This document shows positions 8,450-18,619 of a stretch of 64,000 bases of DNA, one piece after another (the stretch's first letter is position 1; every line of letters starts with the position of its first letter). Origin of the DNA: Cyclobacteriaceae bacterium. Its GTDB lineage: Bacteria > Bacteroidota > Bacteroidia > Cytophagales > Cyclobacteriaceae. The stretch is from contig OZ245789.1 of the NCBI GenBank assembly GCA_965228045.1, positions 3,522,616-3,586,615 on the forward strand. Reading direction: 5' to 3'. Under the pieces are notes generated by a model. The model saw only the letters and a program-made list of their open reading frames with translations. It was not told the DNA's origin and made no database searches. Position numbers and translations under genes: made by a program.

Positions 8450-9676
8450 TTAGTCGTAAAGCAGGTGTTTGGTTGTAGAGCTCCTTTCTGATATGAACCT
8501 AATCAGATAGTGGCCCTTTGTTATATCCGCTGGTAGTTCGATAGTCGGTTCAAAAGTAGCCTGCTCCATTATAATACTCCCCTTCTGATCATACAGCACC
8601 ACCTTATCCGGAATTTCACCGGAAAGGTGAATGGTTCTGTTCCACCCTACCGGGTTTGGATAAAAATCAAAATCACCGGTAGCATTATCAAAGTTGACGG
8701 ACTTTAGCGCGATGACTTCAGTGGTGCCATCAAAATCTGTTTGACTCAACCGGTAATAAACCAGTCCTGATTCTACGCCGTAATCCTCCCAATAATAGGT
8801 CTTTAATTCATCGGTGTTTCCATTTCCGTCAATTACGACTATTCCTGTAAATTCCTCTTTTCCGATTGACCTTTCGAGGGTAAAGTATTCGTTATTGATC
8901 TCTATTGCAGTGCTCCATTCCAACGCTACGTACCCACTTTCAATTGATGTTGTAAAGGACACCAACCTCACCGGTAGTGTCACACTACCCGGACAGTTAG
9001 CATTGGTACAGGAAGCCGCAGACATGGTGCCATTATTAGAAACTTGACCGCCGTAAGCAATATTCATTTCGTCCGCCACAGAAACGTTACCTGTTCCACT
9101 CACAGTCATGCTACCTGCTCCCGCCATTTCAAGATCATCGCCTATGTCCAGATCCCCATCGATATTGAAGTTATGGGGTCCACTGCTGATGTAAACATCC
9201 CCGGTAAAACTCGCTTCTCCATCAGAATACACATTGAAATTACCCCCATTTCCATTGGCCACGCTGAATGACCCACCATTGAGTGTCCCATATACATTAA
9301 TCGCAGCTGCCTGCTGCCACCCCATGGCGCCACCGAAGTTCAGGGTTGCTCCGGATGAGATGCTAATCGCCCCATCACTTTGACCATTTATTCCAATGGT
9401 GATGCCATTAGTAATAGACAAATTGCCTCCGGTAATATTTAAAATCCCAGCTATCCTTGGCCCCCAGGATGTACCCAGGCTTATGGATCCGGCTTGATTA
9501 GCACCTGATGAGGTAACTGTATGCTTTATGGTTACATCATCAGCCGAAGTAGGAATACATGCACAACTCCAGGTACTGGTACTTCCCCAGTCACCGGACT
9601 GAGAAGATGTAATATTCGCAGAATAGGCCATTGTGGAAACGGCCATGAAAATAGTGAGCGGTATAATTTTTTTCAC
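8450..9676 (-). CDS. secreted beta-helix-like protein with T9SS C-terminal sorting domain
   Basis: Signal peptide MKKIIPLTIFMAVSTMAYS. Gly/Asn/Ser-rich repeats. C-terminus FYPNPV...IHL...VLYDQKGSII...KGHYLIRF is typical of a Por/T9SS CTD. Confidence 0.65.
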   Translation of the reverse strand: MKKIIPLTIFMAVSTMAYSANITSSQSGDWGSTSTWSCACIPTSADDVTIKHTVTSSGANQAGSISLGTSWGPRIAGILNITGGNLSITNGITIGINGQSDGAISISSGATLNFGGAMGWQQAAAINVYGTLNGGSFSVANGNGGNFNVYSDGEASFTGDVYISSGPHNFNIDGDLDIGDDLEMAGAGSMTVSGTGNVSVADEMNIAYGGQVSNNGTMSAASCTNANCPGSVTLPVRLVSFTTSIESGYVALEWSTAIEINNEYFTLERSIGKEEFTGIVVIDGNGNTDELKTYYWEDYGVESGLVYYRLSQTDFDGTTEVIALKSVNFDNATGDFDFYPNPVGWNRTIHLSGEIPDKVVLYDQKGSIIMEQATFEPTIELPADITKGHYLIRFISERSSTTKHLLYD

Positions 9677-9872
9677 GGTAGTTCTAAAATTTGCATAACA
9701 TCACGCTGATCATGATATTATACTCAAATTTAAGTAGCAGAACGGTATAATGAATTATTTGCCAATAAGATCTACGTGATTGGCAGGTTAGCTAATGAAA
9801 TCGTCAAATTTTTGACTTCATTAACAATCCATTATCACCTTAAAATCGCATTAAACCTAAATAAGGAGTAAA

Positions 9873-10904
9873 ATGAAACGAATAAGATTACTTATTTCCG
9901 CGCTTCTTCTATTGGCTCTGGGAGTTCAGGCTCAGCCAGTAAAAGTTTCGAGCCTATCTGCTGAAGCTGATTCCCTTTTGAATTTCATCCAATCAATCTC
10001 CGGTATTAAAACATTGACCGGACAGCACTGCGCCCCATTGATGGGGTCCACCCGACTTTCCGTTGTTCACAGAATGACCGAAAAATATCCCGCCGTATTC
10101 GGACAGGATTTTGGCTTTAGTTTCCCGGGTTACTGGGATGGCATTAATTACAGGCAGGCTATCGTGGACGAGGCCATTAAGCGCCATAATGAAGGGTTTA
10201 TCATCACCCTTATGTGGCATGCCGTTTTACCTACACAAGATGAACCGGTCAAATTCAGTGAATCCATACAAGGGGAGCTATCTGATGCAGAATGGACCGA
10301 ACTCATAACACCAGGTACTAACCTCAATGAACGGTGGAAATCACAGGTCGATGTGATCGCATGGTTTCTGAAACAGCTGAAATTCGCCAGGGTGCCGGTG
10401 CTCTGGCGTCCGTATCATGAAATGAATGGAGGCTGGTTCTGGTGGGGAAAGAAGAAAGGTGACGACGGATACAAAAAGCTCTGGCTCATGATGTATGATA
10501 GGTTCGTAAACTTTCATGGTCTGGATAACCTGATCTGGGTCTACAATACCAATGAATTTAAGCCTGGAGTTGATCGACATGAGCTTTATTATCCGGGTGA
10601 CGACTATGTGCATATTGTCGCCACGGACGTTTACTCTCAGGGATTTGATAAAGAAAACTATCAGCAGCTCCTCGAACTGGCTGGAGACAAGCCAATGGCA
10701 CTTGGGGAAGTAGGAATGCTTCCTGATAAGAAAAAGCTGGAGGATCAACCCCGTTGGACCTGGTTTATGTACTGGTTTGACCCTGAAGGTCCATCCTTCA
10801 TAGAGAATCGGAATACATACCAGCTGGAGCAGTCCCTGACATATGATGAATTACCTTGGGTGAAAAATCGCGATCCGAGGGTGCACTACCCTGTGTTAAG
10901 GTAA
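9873..10904 (+). CDS. glycoside hydrolase family 26 (beta-mannanase-like)
   Basis: Signal peptide plus the diagnostic segment WRPYHEMNGGWFWWG. Confidence 0.75.
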   Translation: MKRIRLLISALLLLALGVQAQPVKVSSLSAEADSLLNFIQSISGIKTLTGQHCAPLMGSTRLSVVHRMTEKYPAVFGQDFGFSFPGYWDGINYRQAIVDEAIKRHNEGFIITLMWHAVLPTQDEPVKFSESIQGELSDAEWTELITPGTNLNERWKSQVDVIAWFLKQLKFARVPVLWRPYHEMNGGWFWWGKKKGDDGYKKLWLMMYDRFVNFHGLDNLIWVYNTNEFKPGVDRHELYYPGDDYVHIVATDVYSQGFDKENYQQLLELAGDKPMALGEVGMLPDKKKLEDQPRWTWFMYWFDPEGPSFIENRNTYQLEQSLTYDELPWVKNRDPRVHYPVLR

Positions 10905-11009
10905 CTTATCACCTTTTTAAAGGTTGCAGAAACTTCCTGAACCGCCCGTAATAATTTAAAATAGGATTACCATTTCTGTTTCCTAATTTGCCCATTCATT
11001 TTAAAGCCT

Positions 11010-12365
11010 ATGAGAAAGTTTATCATCATATTAATAACTGCACCATTTCTGGCTCTCGGCCAATCTGATTCTGCGGTAGTAAAAAGCATTTACGACGAAG
11101 CACTCTCCAACTCCCCTGTATATGAAAACCTGAGAGTACTTTGCAAGGATGTAGGAAACCGTCTGTCCGGTTCAACTGGTGCAGCGGCTGCCGTCGAGTA
11201 TACGCGTCAGCTAATGATGGAATACGATTTTGACACCGTGTTTCTGCAACCTGTCATGGTACCCTGGTGGGTTCGTGGGAAAAAAGAAATTGCGAGAGTA
11301 ACAGATTCAAAAGCGGGATCTTTGGAACTGGACATTCTGGCTCTAGGTAACAGTGTAGGGACCGGACCTGAAGGTGTTCGCGCACAAGTAGTTGAAGTGA
11401 GCGGTATGGAAGAGGTGGAAGAATTAGGCAAAGAACTTGAAGGGAAAATAGTGTTTTACAATGGACCCATGGATCGGACATTAACGGAGACCTTCAGAGC
11501 TTATGGTAATGCCGTAATTCAAAGAGCATATGGTGCCTCGGAAGCCGCCAAGTATGGTGCCAAAGCAGTGATCGTCAGGTCTATGACCCAGGCATTGGAT
11601 GACGTACCACATACAGGATCATTGCGGTACAAACCGAATATGCCAAGGATACCTGCGGTGGCAGTTAGTACAGAAGACGCGGAATTATTGAGTCTCCTGC
11701 TCAAGCAGGAGCAAGTGGAACTGTATTTGGAAACACATTGTGAAATCCGCGAGGATGTACTCTCCTACAACGTCATTGGGCAGTTAAACGGTAGCGAATT
11801 CCCGGATGAATATATAGCTGTTGGAGGACACCTCGACAGCTGGGATGTGGGAGAAGGCGCACACGATGACGGTTCTGGGTGTATGCAGGCCATTGAAGCT
11901 CTCAGGCTCTTCAAGGAGCTTGGTATCCAGCCGAAAAGGACGATTAGAGCAGTCATGTGGATGAATGAAGAAAATGGTCTTGCCGGAGGACGGGAATATG
12001 CCCGAGTTGCTGCAGAAGAGGGATTAAATCATATTGCAGCCATTGAATCAGACAGAGGTGGTTTCCTTCCTATTGGATTCTCTTCTACTGGAGACTCCGA
12101 AAGCCAAACGAAACTTCGGTCCTGGAAGTCATTATTCCTGCCCTACGGACTATACAATTTTGATAGAAATGGAGGTGGTGCAGACATTGGTCCGTTGGCA
12201 CAGAATGGAACCTTCCTCATAGGACTATTACCAGATGGTCAAAGATATTTCAGATACCATCATACACCGGCAGATGTATTTGAGGCCGTCGACAGAAGAG
12301 AACTCGAACTTGGTGCTGCGAGTATGTCGGCGCTCATTTACCTGATCGACCAGTACGGCCTTTAG
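11010..12365 (+). CDS. M28-family aminopeptidase
   Basis: Signal peptide. Metal-binding segments GGHLDSWDVGEGAHDDGSGC and WMNEENGLAG. Confidence 0.8.
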   Translation: MRKFIIILITAPFLALGQSDSAVVKSIYDEALSNSPVYENLRVLCKDVGNRLSGSTGAAAAVEYTRQLMMEYDFDTVFLQPVMVPWWVRGKKEIARVTDSKAGSLELDILALGNSVGTGPEGVRAQVVEVSGMEEVEELGKELEGKIVFYNGPMDRTLTETFRAYGNAVIQRAYGASEAAKYGAKAVIVRSMTQALDDVPHTGSLRYKPNMPRIPAVAVSTEDAELLSLLLKQEQVELYLETHCEIREDVLSYNVIGQLNGSEFPDEYIAVGGHLDSWDVGEGAHDDGSGCMQAIEALRLFKELGIQPKRTIRAVMWMNEENGLAGGREYARVAAEEGLNHIAAIESDRGGFLPIGFSSTGDSESQTKLRSWKSLFLPYGLYNFDRNGGGADIGPLAQNGTFLIGLLPDGQRYFRYHHTPADVFEAVDRRELELGAASMSALIYLIDQYGL

Positions 12366-12371
12366 AAGTTT

Positions 12372-12407
12372 TGCGATCAGGATTTACCCGGGTAAATCCT
12401 GATCGCA
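12372..12407. terminator. perfect 36-bp palindrome between convergent genes (bidirectional terminator candidate)
   Basis: TGCGATCAGGATTTACCC|GGGTAAATCCTGATCGCA lies between the stops at 12365 (+) and 12432 (-). Confidence 0.55.
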
Positions 12408-12431
12408 CGAATCCAAGCAACCATAACGAGA

Positions 12432-12818
12432 TCATTGCTGTTTGTTTTTTGAAGCCAGGACGGCTACCTGGTATTCCAGGTGCTTAATGTGCTTGATCAT
12501 CGCGTTCTTATCCATTTGCATCCAGCTCCAGATTTTCAACAGCGAGACTGTTATGAAGCCAAAAAAGAATCCGACAGACCAGAGTATCATTTCCCGCACG
12601 GTTTCTACCTGAAATATCATGTAGACGCTGTAAACGGCAATTCCAAGGAAGACGAAAATGAACACAAAACTCAATACCGCTACCCAGGCATTCTTTCCTT
12701 TATAGATACCCATTAGCTGTTCAGGAATAGAATCTTCTTCCAGGTCCTTAAAATACTCTGCCTCCTCCCGGGTCAGAGCCTCTTCGATCAGTCGATCGAT
12801 TTCTTCTACATTTTTCAT
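12432..12818 (-). CDS. two-TM membrane protein downstream of ECF sigma (possible anti-sigma partner)
   Basis: 128 aa with an acidic N-terminus and two hydrophobic helices. Sits 6 nt downstream of the sigma gene. Confidence 0.5.
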   Translation of the reverse strand: MKNVEEIDRLIEEALTREEAEYFKDLEEDSIPEQLMGIYKGKNAWVAVLSFVFIFVFLGIAVYSVYMIFQVETVREMILWSVGFFFGFITVSLLKIWSWMQMDKNAMIKHIKHLEYQVAVLASKNKQQ

Positions 12819-12824
12819 GCTATT

Positions 12825-13352
12825 CTATGTTAACAGTTCTTTCAATTGCTTTCTTGCGTTAAAAAGCCTGGATTTTACAGTTCCGGATGGTACTTCCAGT
12901 ACTGCAGAAATTTCATCTACGGAGTGCTTCTCCAGGTAAAACATCATGAGTATCAACCTCTGTTGATCAGGTAATTTCTTCATGGCCAGATTCAACCTTT
13001 CCACTACATCCTCCTCCCCATCGCCACCATCACTTTCCACCAGCTGAGGATACTCGATTTTCCGCTCCCTTTGATTCGACCTGATCCAGTCAACAGCTTT
13101 TCGTGTTGCGATTCTCAGCGCCCATATACCAAAAAGAGCTGGTTCGCGAAGGTTGTAAATACCCTTTAATATGGCTTCCCAAACTTCCTGAGCCAGATCC
13201 TCGGCTACCTCCTGCTCATATGTATGCCGGTTCAGCTGCCTTTTGATCTTCTGGTGCCACCGCTTGATCAGCAGCTCCATGGCCTTCTTATCGCCTTCAC
13301 GATATTTCAGAACAAGTAATTCATCAAAGATCTGATCAGCAGACTTTTTCAT
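12825..13352 (-). CDS. ECF-type RNA polymerase sigma-70 factor
   Basis: Region 2 (DLAQEVWEAILKGI...FGIWALRIATRKAVDWIR) and region 4 (EKHSVDEISAVLEVPSGTVKSRLFNARKQL). Confidence 0.85.
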   Translation of the reverse strand: MKKSADQIFDELLVLKYREGDKKAMELLIKRWHQKIKRQLNRHTYEQEVAEDLAQEVWEAILKGIYNLREPALFGIWALRIATRKAVDWIRSNQRERKIEYPQLVESDGGDGEEDVVERLNLAMKKLPDQQRLILMMFYLEKHSVDEISAVLEVPSGTVKSRLFNARKQLKELLT

Positions 13353-13438
13353 AATTCATATCAATAGTCGGCGTTATTCTTATGAGGTTCAATCAAAGTG
13401 GAATTATTTTTCATAAATATTCATTCTAGCTTTATATC

Positions 13439-14020
13439 ATGCGATCATCTCTATTTCTATTTTCAATCATAGCGTACCTGTTGGTGGGCCTAAACGGTTG
13501 CGATCAGGAGGATGTTAAGTCCCGGGCGAGGGCCAAACTTGTCTCTATAAACGCCACTTCCGATTCGACATATTTACCCGGTACAGAAGAGATTGGAGAG
13601 GCTGTTTTTACAGACCTCGGTGACCGGGTTCGCGTTTTTATACAGCTCTATGATATGATCCCAAACTGGGGGCATGCCGTTCACATTCACAATGGTTCTT
13701 GCGAGCAACCCACAAATCATTGGAATATGGGAGACACCATCAATTATTGCAACGAAATGAACCTGGGAGAACCATGGATGCGGCCAAAAGCCGGGGATAT
13801 CGGTAACGTGGAAACAGATGACTTTGGGGATGGTATCCTGATCGTAGAGAGTGAGTTCTGGGATCTGAATGGCTCCAGTGAAAAAAACCTGGAGGGACTG
13901 GTTGTGGTGATCCACGAAAAACCGGAGGATTTTGAGATTGAATGCGGTGAGATGCATACACACAAACACAATAATCGTAAATTGGCGTGCGGAACCATAT
14001 TCCTCGATGCCAATGATTAA
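13439..14020 (+). CDS. Cu/Zn superoxide dismutase-like lipoprotein
   Basis: Lipobox LNGC. HAVHIHNGSCE, GDIGNVETDDFGDG and VVVIHEKPED...LACGTI resemble SodC metal and active-site segments. Confidence 0.6.
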   Translation: MRSSLFLFSIIAYLLVGLNGCDQEDVKSRARAKLVSINATSDSTYLPGTEEIGEAVFTDLGDRVRVFIQLYDMIPNWGHAVHIHNGSCEQPTNHWNMGDTINYCNEMNLGEPWMRPKAGDIGNVETDDFGDGILIVESEFWDLNGSSEKNLEGLVVVIHEKPEDFEIECGEMHTHKHNNRKLACGTIFLDAND

Positions 14021-15179
14021 AAGAATTCTTCGTTACCTCATAGCAATCCTTATTATAGCACTAGTAGGCTTTTTCTTCCTTGCCGGAAAAATTGCGGATC
14101 GACAAATGAATGGCATAGAGGAAGTTGAGAATTATGAAGTCTCTTCTCGAGCTAAATCCCTTCACCCTACCATATATGTCAGTGACTTGCATTCTGATAA
14201 CCTGCTATGGGACAGAGATATGCTGGCTGATCATTCGCATGGACACGTGGATGTACCAAGGCTAATTGAAGGTGGATTTGCCATCCAGGTATTTGATGCT
14301 GTGATCAAAACACCCAAGAATCTGAACTACCAGTCCAACAACGGAGAGACAGATAACATCCGGACGCTTGCCATGGCAAACAGGTGGCCTATCGGTGCGT
14401 GGTTCAGCCTTTATCAGCGGGCCCTGCATCAAAGCGAGATTCTACATGAGGCAGCCAATCAGTCTTCATCACTGGAGATCATCAAATCCAAAAGCGATCT
14501 GGACCTGTTTATGAGTCTTAGAAAAAGCAACAGTTACCTCGTTGGAGGCATCCTTTCCATTGAAGGGCTTCATGCAGCCGAGGGCGAGATGCAAAAAATT
14601 GATGGCCTAATAGAAGCCGGATATCGAATCATAGGCCTCGTTCATTTCTTTGACAATGAAGTGGCCGGGTCTTCTGCCGGAGAAACCCAAGGTGGATTAA
14701 CAGACTTCGGAAAACGCGTAGTAAGAAGATTGGAGTCAGAAAATATTATTGTGGACCTTGCACATAGTTCTAATCAGACTATTTCAGAAGTATTGGATAT
14801 AGCCAAAAACCCTGTCGTGGTTTCGCATACTGGTGTGAAAGGAATCTATGACAGCCCCAGGAATCTATCGGATGGCGAGATCAGGAGGATCGCTGAAAAC
14901 GGCGGACTGATCGGTATTGGGTTCTGGAGTGAGGCCGTTGGCGGGACACATCCAACTAACATCGCCATGGCTATTCGGTATGTGGTGGACCTTGTTGGAA
15001 TCGAATATGTGGCATTGGGATCGGATTTCGACGGAGCGGTCACGGTAGGGTTTGATTCGTCTGAAATGATCTACCTCACCGAGGCACTCATTCAGGAGGG
15101 TTTCTCCAATGAGGAAATCCGTCAGATAATGGGTGGCAATCAGATCCGGTTTTTACAGGAAAATCTCCCTGTCCGGTAG
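14007..15179 (+). CDS. membrane dipeptidase (peptidase M19)
   Basis: Start chosen at MPMIKRILRYLIAIL (TM anchor). DLHSDNLLW, LVHFFDNEVAGS, VDLAHSS, VSHTG and LGSDFDG are M19 hallmarks. Confidence 0.8.
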   Translation: MPMIKRILRYLIAILIIALVGFFFLAGKIADRQMNGIEEVENYEVSSRAKSLHPTIYVSDLHSDNLLWDRDMLADHSHGHVDVPRLIEGGFAIQVFDAVIKTPKNLNYQSNNGETDNIRTLAMANRWPIGAWFSLYQRALHQSEILHEAANQSSSLEIIKSKSDLDLFMSLRKSNSYLVGGILSIEGLHAAEGEMQKIDGLIEAGYRIIGLVHFFDNEVAGSSAGETQGGLTDFGKRVVRRLESENIIVDLAHSSNQTISEVLDIAKNPVVVSHTGVKGIYDSPRNLSDGEIRRIAENGGLIGIGFWSEAVGGTHPTNIAMAIRYVVDLVGIEYVALGSDFDGAVTVGFDSSEMIYLTEALIQEGFSNEEIRQIMGGNQIRFLQENLPVR

Positions 15180-15181
15180 GA

Positions 15182-16237
15182 TCAATCGTCCTCTGAAGAT
15201 AATAACGATTCTATTTTAGCATCCTCGGAGGCATTATTCAAACCTAACCACTGCAAAGCAGAACGGTACATGATGTTTTCATAATCCTCAGCTCCAAGCT
15301 CCATTTCTTCAATGAACCGACCGATCTCCAGGTCTCCCAACGGAAAAGGATAATCTGAACCTAAACATACTTTATCCGAACCTACTATGTCCAGTACATA
15401 TTGCAGAAGCTTGGGATCGTGGGTAATGCTGTCAACCCAGAATTTTCCAAGATACTCCCGGGGATTAACATTATTATGAACAGCAACCAGGTCCGGTCGA
15501 CAGTTAAAGCCATGTTCCAGCCTTCCAATGGTAGGCAGGAACGAACCGCCGGCGTGGGCAAAACAAACTCGTAAGTCAGGATACCTATGAAAAACACCGC
15601 CAAAGATCATGGATGCTATGGCCCTGCTTGTTTCGGCCGGCATACCTACGAGCCATGGCAACCAGTATTTCTCTATCTGATCGGAGCCCATCATTTCCCA
15701 TGGATGAACCAGTACGGCCATGTCAAGTTTTTCACAGGCTTCGAAAAATTCGAAAAACCTGGGCTTGCTCAGGTTCTGTCCATTGATGTTACTACCAATC
15801 TGAACGCCCGGAAATCCAAGCTCCTTACAACGCTCCAGTTCTTCCAGTGCCAGGTCGATGTCCTGCATCGGGACAGTACCCAGGCCGAGGTAGTGATTAG
15901 GATACTTACTACAGGTCTCGGCGATATCATCATTCAAAAACTGGCTCAGTTGAAGACAATCATTGGGTTGGGCCCAATAACTAAACATGACAGGAATTGT
16001 GCAAACAACCTGGATGCGTGTATCAAATTCCTCGTATTCCTTAATTCGAATTTCAGGATCCCAGCAATTATCCGCGATTTCCCTGAAAAACTTATCTCCC
16101 TTCATCATCCGGGCATAACCAGGTTTATGATGAAGCAAACTGATAAAATCCCCGTAACCAAACTTGTCTGCGAAATTCGGCAGGTGCTTAGGGATAATAT
16201 GCGTATGCATATCTATTTTCAGCGAAGCTTTAGGCAT
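15182..16237 (-). CDS. ACMSD-like amidohydrolase-2 family decarboxylase
   Basis: KIDMHTHIIP, NCWDPEIRIKE, VPVMFSYWA, YWLPWLVGMPAETS, VCFAHAGGSF and LGSDYPFPLG closely follow 2-amino-3-carboxymuconate-6-semialdehyde decarboxylase. Confidence 0.8.
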   Translation of the reverse strand: MPKASLKIDMHTHIIPKHLPNFADKFGYGDFISLLHHKPGYARMMKGDKFFREIADNCWDPEIRIKEYEEFDTRIQVVCTIPVMFSYWAQPNDCLQLSQFLNDDIAETCSKYPNHYLGLGTVPMQDIDLALEELERCKELGFPGVQIGSNINGQNLSKPRFFEFFEACEKLDMAVLVHPWEMMGSDQIEKYWLPWLVGMPAETSRAIASMIFGGVFHRYPDLRVCFAHAGGSFLPTIGRLEHGFNCRPDLVAVHNNVNPREYLGKFWVDSITHDPKLLQYVLDIVGSDKVCLGSDYPFPLGDLEIGRFIEEMELGAEDYENIMYRSALQWLGLNNASEDAKIESLLSSEDD

Positions 16238-16262
16238 CTTACAAATTTAATAAATCGTAGGT

Positions 16263-17441
16263 CTATTGCCTGCAGGAATTCCAAAGAGATGAATTTGAGC
16301 TGATTTCGACACCGCGTTGGCTCGCATTTTGAAGACATTCGCATCCTCTTTGATCATCGTCAAGCTCAAAATAAGTTAGTGCCGCGTTATACCATACAGT
16401 GCCATTGCTACGATCGCGGGCCAGGTATTGCTCATAGTATGAAACGGATTGGGTGTATTCCTGTATTTGGTGAAAACTATTTCCCAGAAGATAATAGGCT
16501 TCAAATCTTGATGGGTCGACTTCCAGCACCTTTTTGAAAAAAGCGACAGCATCCCGGTAGTCCCCTCTTTGATAATTGAGTCTGCCGGAATTGATCAATA
16601 GCAAAGGATCGTTTGGTCTGAGCGCCAACGCCTCCCTGAACAGGCTCTCAGCAAGGTCATATTCCCTTGATTGATAGGCCTCCACTGCCCGATAGGATAT
16701 CATTGGAAAGAATTCCGCGTTATGCAAAATTCTGTTAGGCACGGGATGTTCCGGATCAAGTATGACCAGGTTATACCAACCAATGACCAGGTCAGGATCT
16801 ATTCGAACGGCTCGTTCCAGGTCATTCAAAGCAAGTTGTCTCTGGTTAGTTTCTTTGTATAACAGGGCCCTATTGACAAAATTCTGTGCCGAAGAATCTC
16901 TCTCAATTGAAGAATTTAAATCGTTAAGCGCCTTTTCATACTCTCCGATCGCCTGGAATGCCAATCCTCTCAATCCATAGACCTGGGCGCGCATGGTGGC
17001 AATTGTACTCAATTTCACCTGCTCCTGCCCGTTGGGGTCCAGCTGATAGTAGATGGCGGAAGTAGAGGCTTGCCCATCAAAATCCAGGACCATATTAAAA
17101 TCCTGGATCGCCTGGTTGTAAATCCCCTTATTGTAATAAAGTAAGCCGCGTTTAAAGTAGGACTCAAGATGACCGGGATCAAGCGCAACTGCATTGGTCA
17201 ATGAACTAATCGCACGGGTACTGTTGCCCATAGCTTCATAAATCATGGACTCCATGAAAAATCCCTGGGGATCGCGCTCCGTAAGCAGATACTTTTCGAT
17301 CTCCCTCAGTGCTTCTGAATACTGTGCTTCGTAATAGAGCCTCCTGGCTTCCGCAAATAACTCCTCAGGGGCATATCTGGACTGCGCCATAACTGTGCAG
17401 CCAACAAAAAACAAAAAACCTGCTACTAACTTCCTCGACAT
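16263..17441 (-). CDS. TPR-repeat protein (secreted)
   Basis: Start moved to MSRKLVAGFLFFVGCTVMAQ (signal peptide). Multiple A..Y/L..A...P TPR units. Confidence 0.7.
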   Translation of the reverse strand: MSRKLVAGFLFFVGCTVMAQSRYAPEELFAEARRLYYEAQYSEALREIEKYLLTERDPQGFFMESMIYEAMGNSTRAISSLTNAVALDPGHLESYFKRGLLYYNKGIYNQAIQDFNMVLDFDGQASTSAIYYQLDPNGQEQVKLSTIATMRAQVYGLRGLAFQAIGEYEKALNDLNSSIERDSSAQNFVNRALLYKETNQRQLALNDLERAVRIDPDLVIGWYNLVILDPEHPVPNRILHNAEFFPMISYRAVEAYQSREYDLAESLFREALALRPNDPLLLINSGRLNYQRGDYRDAVAFFKKVLEVDPSRFEAYYLLGNSFHQIQEYTQSVSYYEQYLARDRSNGTVWYNAALTYFELDDDQRGCECLQNASQRGVEISSNSSLWNSCRQ

Positions 17442-17499
17442 TGCTGAGTAGGTGTAACAGGTATTACGTAAAAAATCTGAAATTGATCCGAAAGGATTC

Positions 17500-18309
17500 C
17501 TAATATACTTCGTGGATGCGCATACCGCTGTATTTCGGAAGGTGCTTAAATCTTCCGCCTTCGTACTCATAAAAGCTAACCGCCATGATCAGGAACAAAC
17601 CAACGTTCTCTTTGATCATTTGAGCATCGGGAATCCTTACCTGTGCCGTCATAGGCTCCGTTGGGATTTTCAGAAGAGGCAGCATGGGGCTTTCGTATGA
17701 ACCAACCTGCCCATGAATTTCTTCATTCTGGGGGCTGTATGATTTCTCCGACGGATCAAAAGCAAAATCAGAAAGGGCTACAAGCCTTGCAGTGATTTTG
17801 AAGTTTGTAGTATTGTCAGGAGTATCAAATGCTTTTTCGGGAATAAACGAAGGAAAATGCAGAATTACCTGCCCTCTTCGGGAACCGGCCTTTACAAAAT
17901 ACTTCGCGTCAAAAATCTTATTATAGGGCGCCTCCGGATTAAACTCAAAACCGTTGAGATGATGTCCATGCTTACTGGGACACATGGGTCTGGTCCCTGT
18001 TTTTCCATCCTCGTGCTTGGCAAGATTGCGGAATTGGGCTGTAAGCTTTCCGGACGTGTAGGTGGCACAGATCTCCATCATTCTATCAGACAACGATTGT
18101 CTTATGACTTTCGACATCATGGATGCCACTCCAAATTCTTTCTGATTATTTCTTAGCTGTTCGTAATTTTTATCCGACTTGATCTGCTTGCTCGTAGGTC
18201 CCCCCTTCCTTGCTATTATGGTCTTTTCTACCCCTTTAATTTTATAGGATCTGTATCCTTCTGGTATGGTTGTGCTGGTGATGTTGGTTTCTTCGGATAG
18301 GCTCTTCAT
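17500..18309 (-). CDS. hypothetical protein
   Basis: 269-aa ORF with no recognisable motif. Followed upstream by a 310-bp AT-rich intergenic region. Confidence 0.45.
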   Translation of the reverse strand: MKSLSEETNITSTTIPEGYRSYKIKGVEKTIIARKGGPTSKQIKSDKNYEQLRNNQKEFGVASMMSKVIRQSLSDRMMEICATYTSGKLTAQFRNLAKHEDGKTGTRPMCPSKHGHHLNGFEFNPEAPYNKIFDAKYFVKAGSRRGQVILHFPSFIPEKAFDTPDNTTNFKITARLVALSDFAFDPSEKSYSPQNEEIHGQVGSYESPMLPLLKIPTEPMTAQVRIPDAQMIKENVGLFLIMAVSFYEYEGGRFKHLPKYSGMRIHEVY

Positions 18310-18619
18310 TAACTTTCTATAACTACGGTTCTTACTACGGTTTCTTAGATTCGGAATTTAGCGAATAGTTAGGGTTCCCCCAAAATTTACAGGTGATTTT
18401 TGATTTAAATCTTAAGATTTTAATCATTGATAACTAACTACTTATGTGTCCAATACAAATTTAAGAACTGTCAGGTAATCACCTGATGACTAAACGTCAA
18501 AAGGCGAATAACAAGCGCTGAATAAGTAAATCCTTTAAGTGAATGTTATGTAACCCCTTCAGGAAGCAGGATTATGTTAATTTAGCGACCTAATCCTAAG
18601 AGAACTTTTATTCACAGTT

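Noticed and set aside
15587-16303. 238-aa plus-strand ORF.
   Set aside because: It is entirely antisense to the strongly supported ACMSD-like gene and has no motif.
18322-18347. Tandem ACTACGGTTCTT / ACTACGGTTTCTT repeat and a TCAGGT-AATC-ACCTGA hairpin (about 18470-18486) in the 310-bp intergenic region upstream of ggt.
   Set aside because: These are short, isolated features with no partner elsewhere in the window, compatible with chance in AT-rich intergenic DNA.
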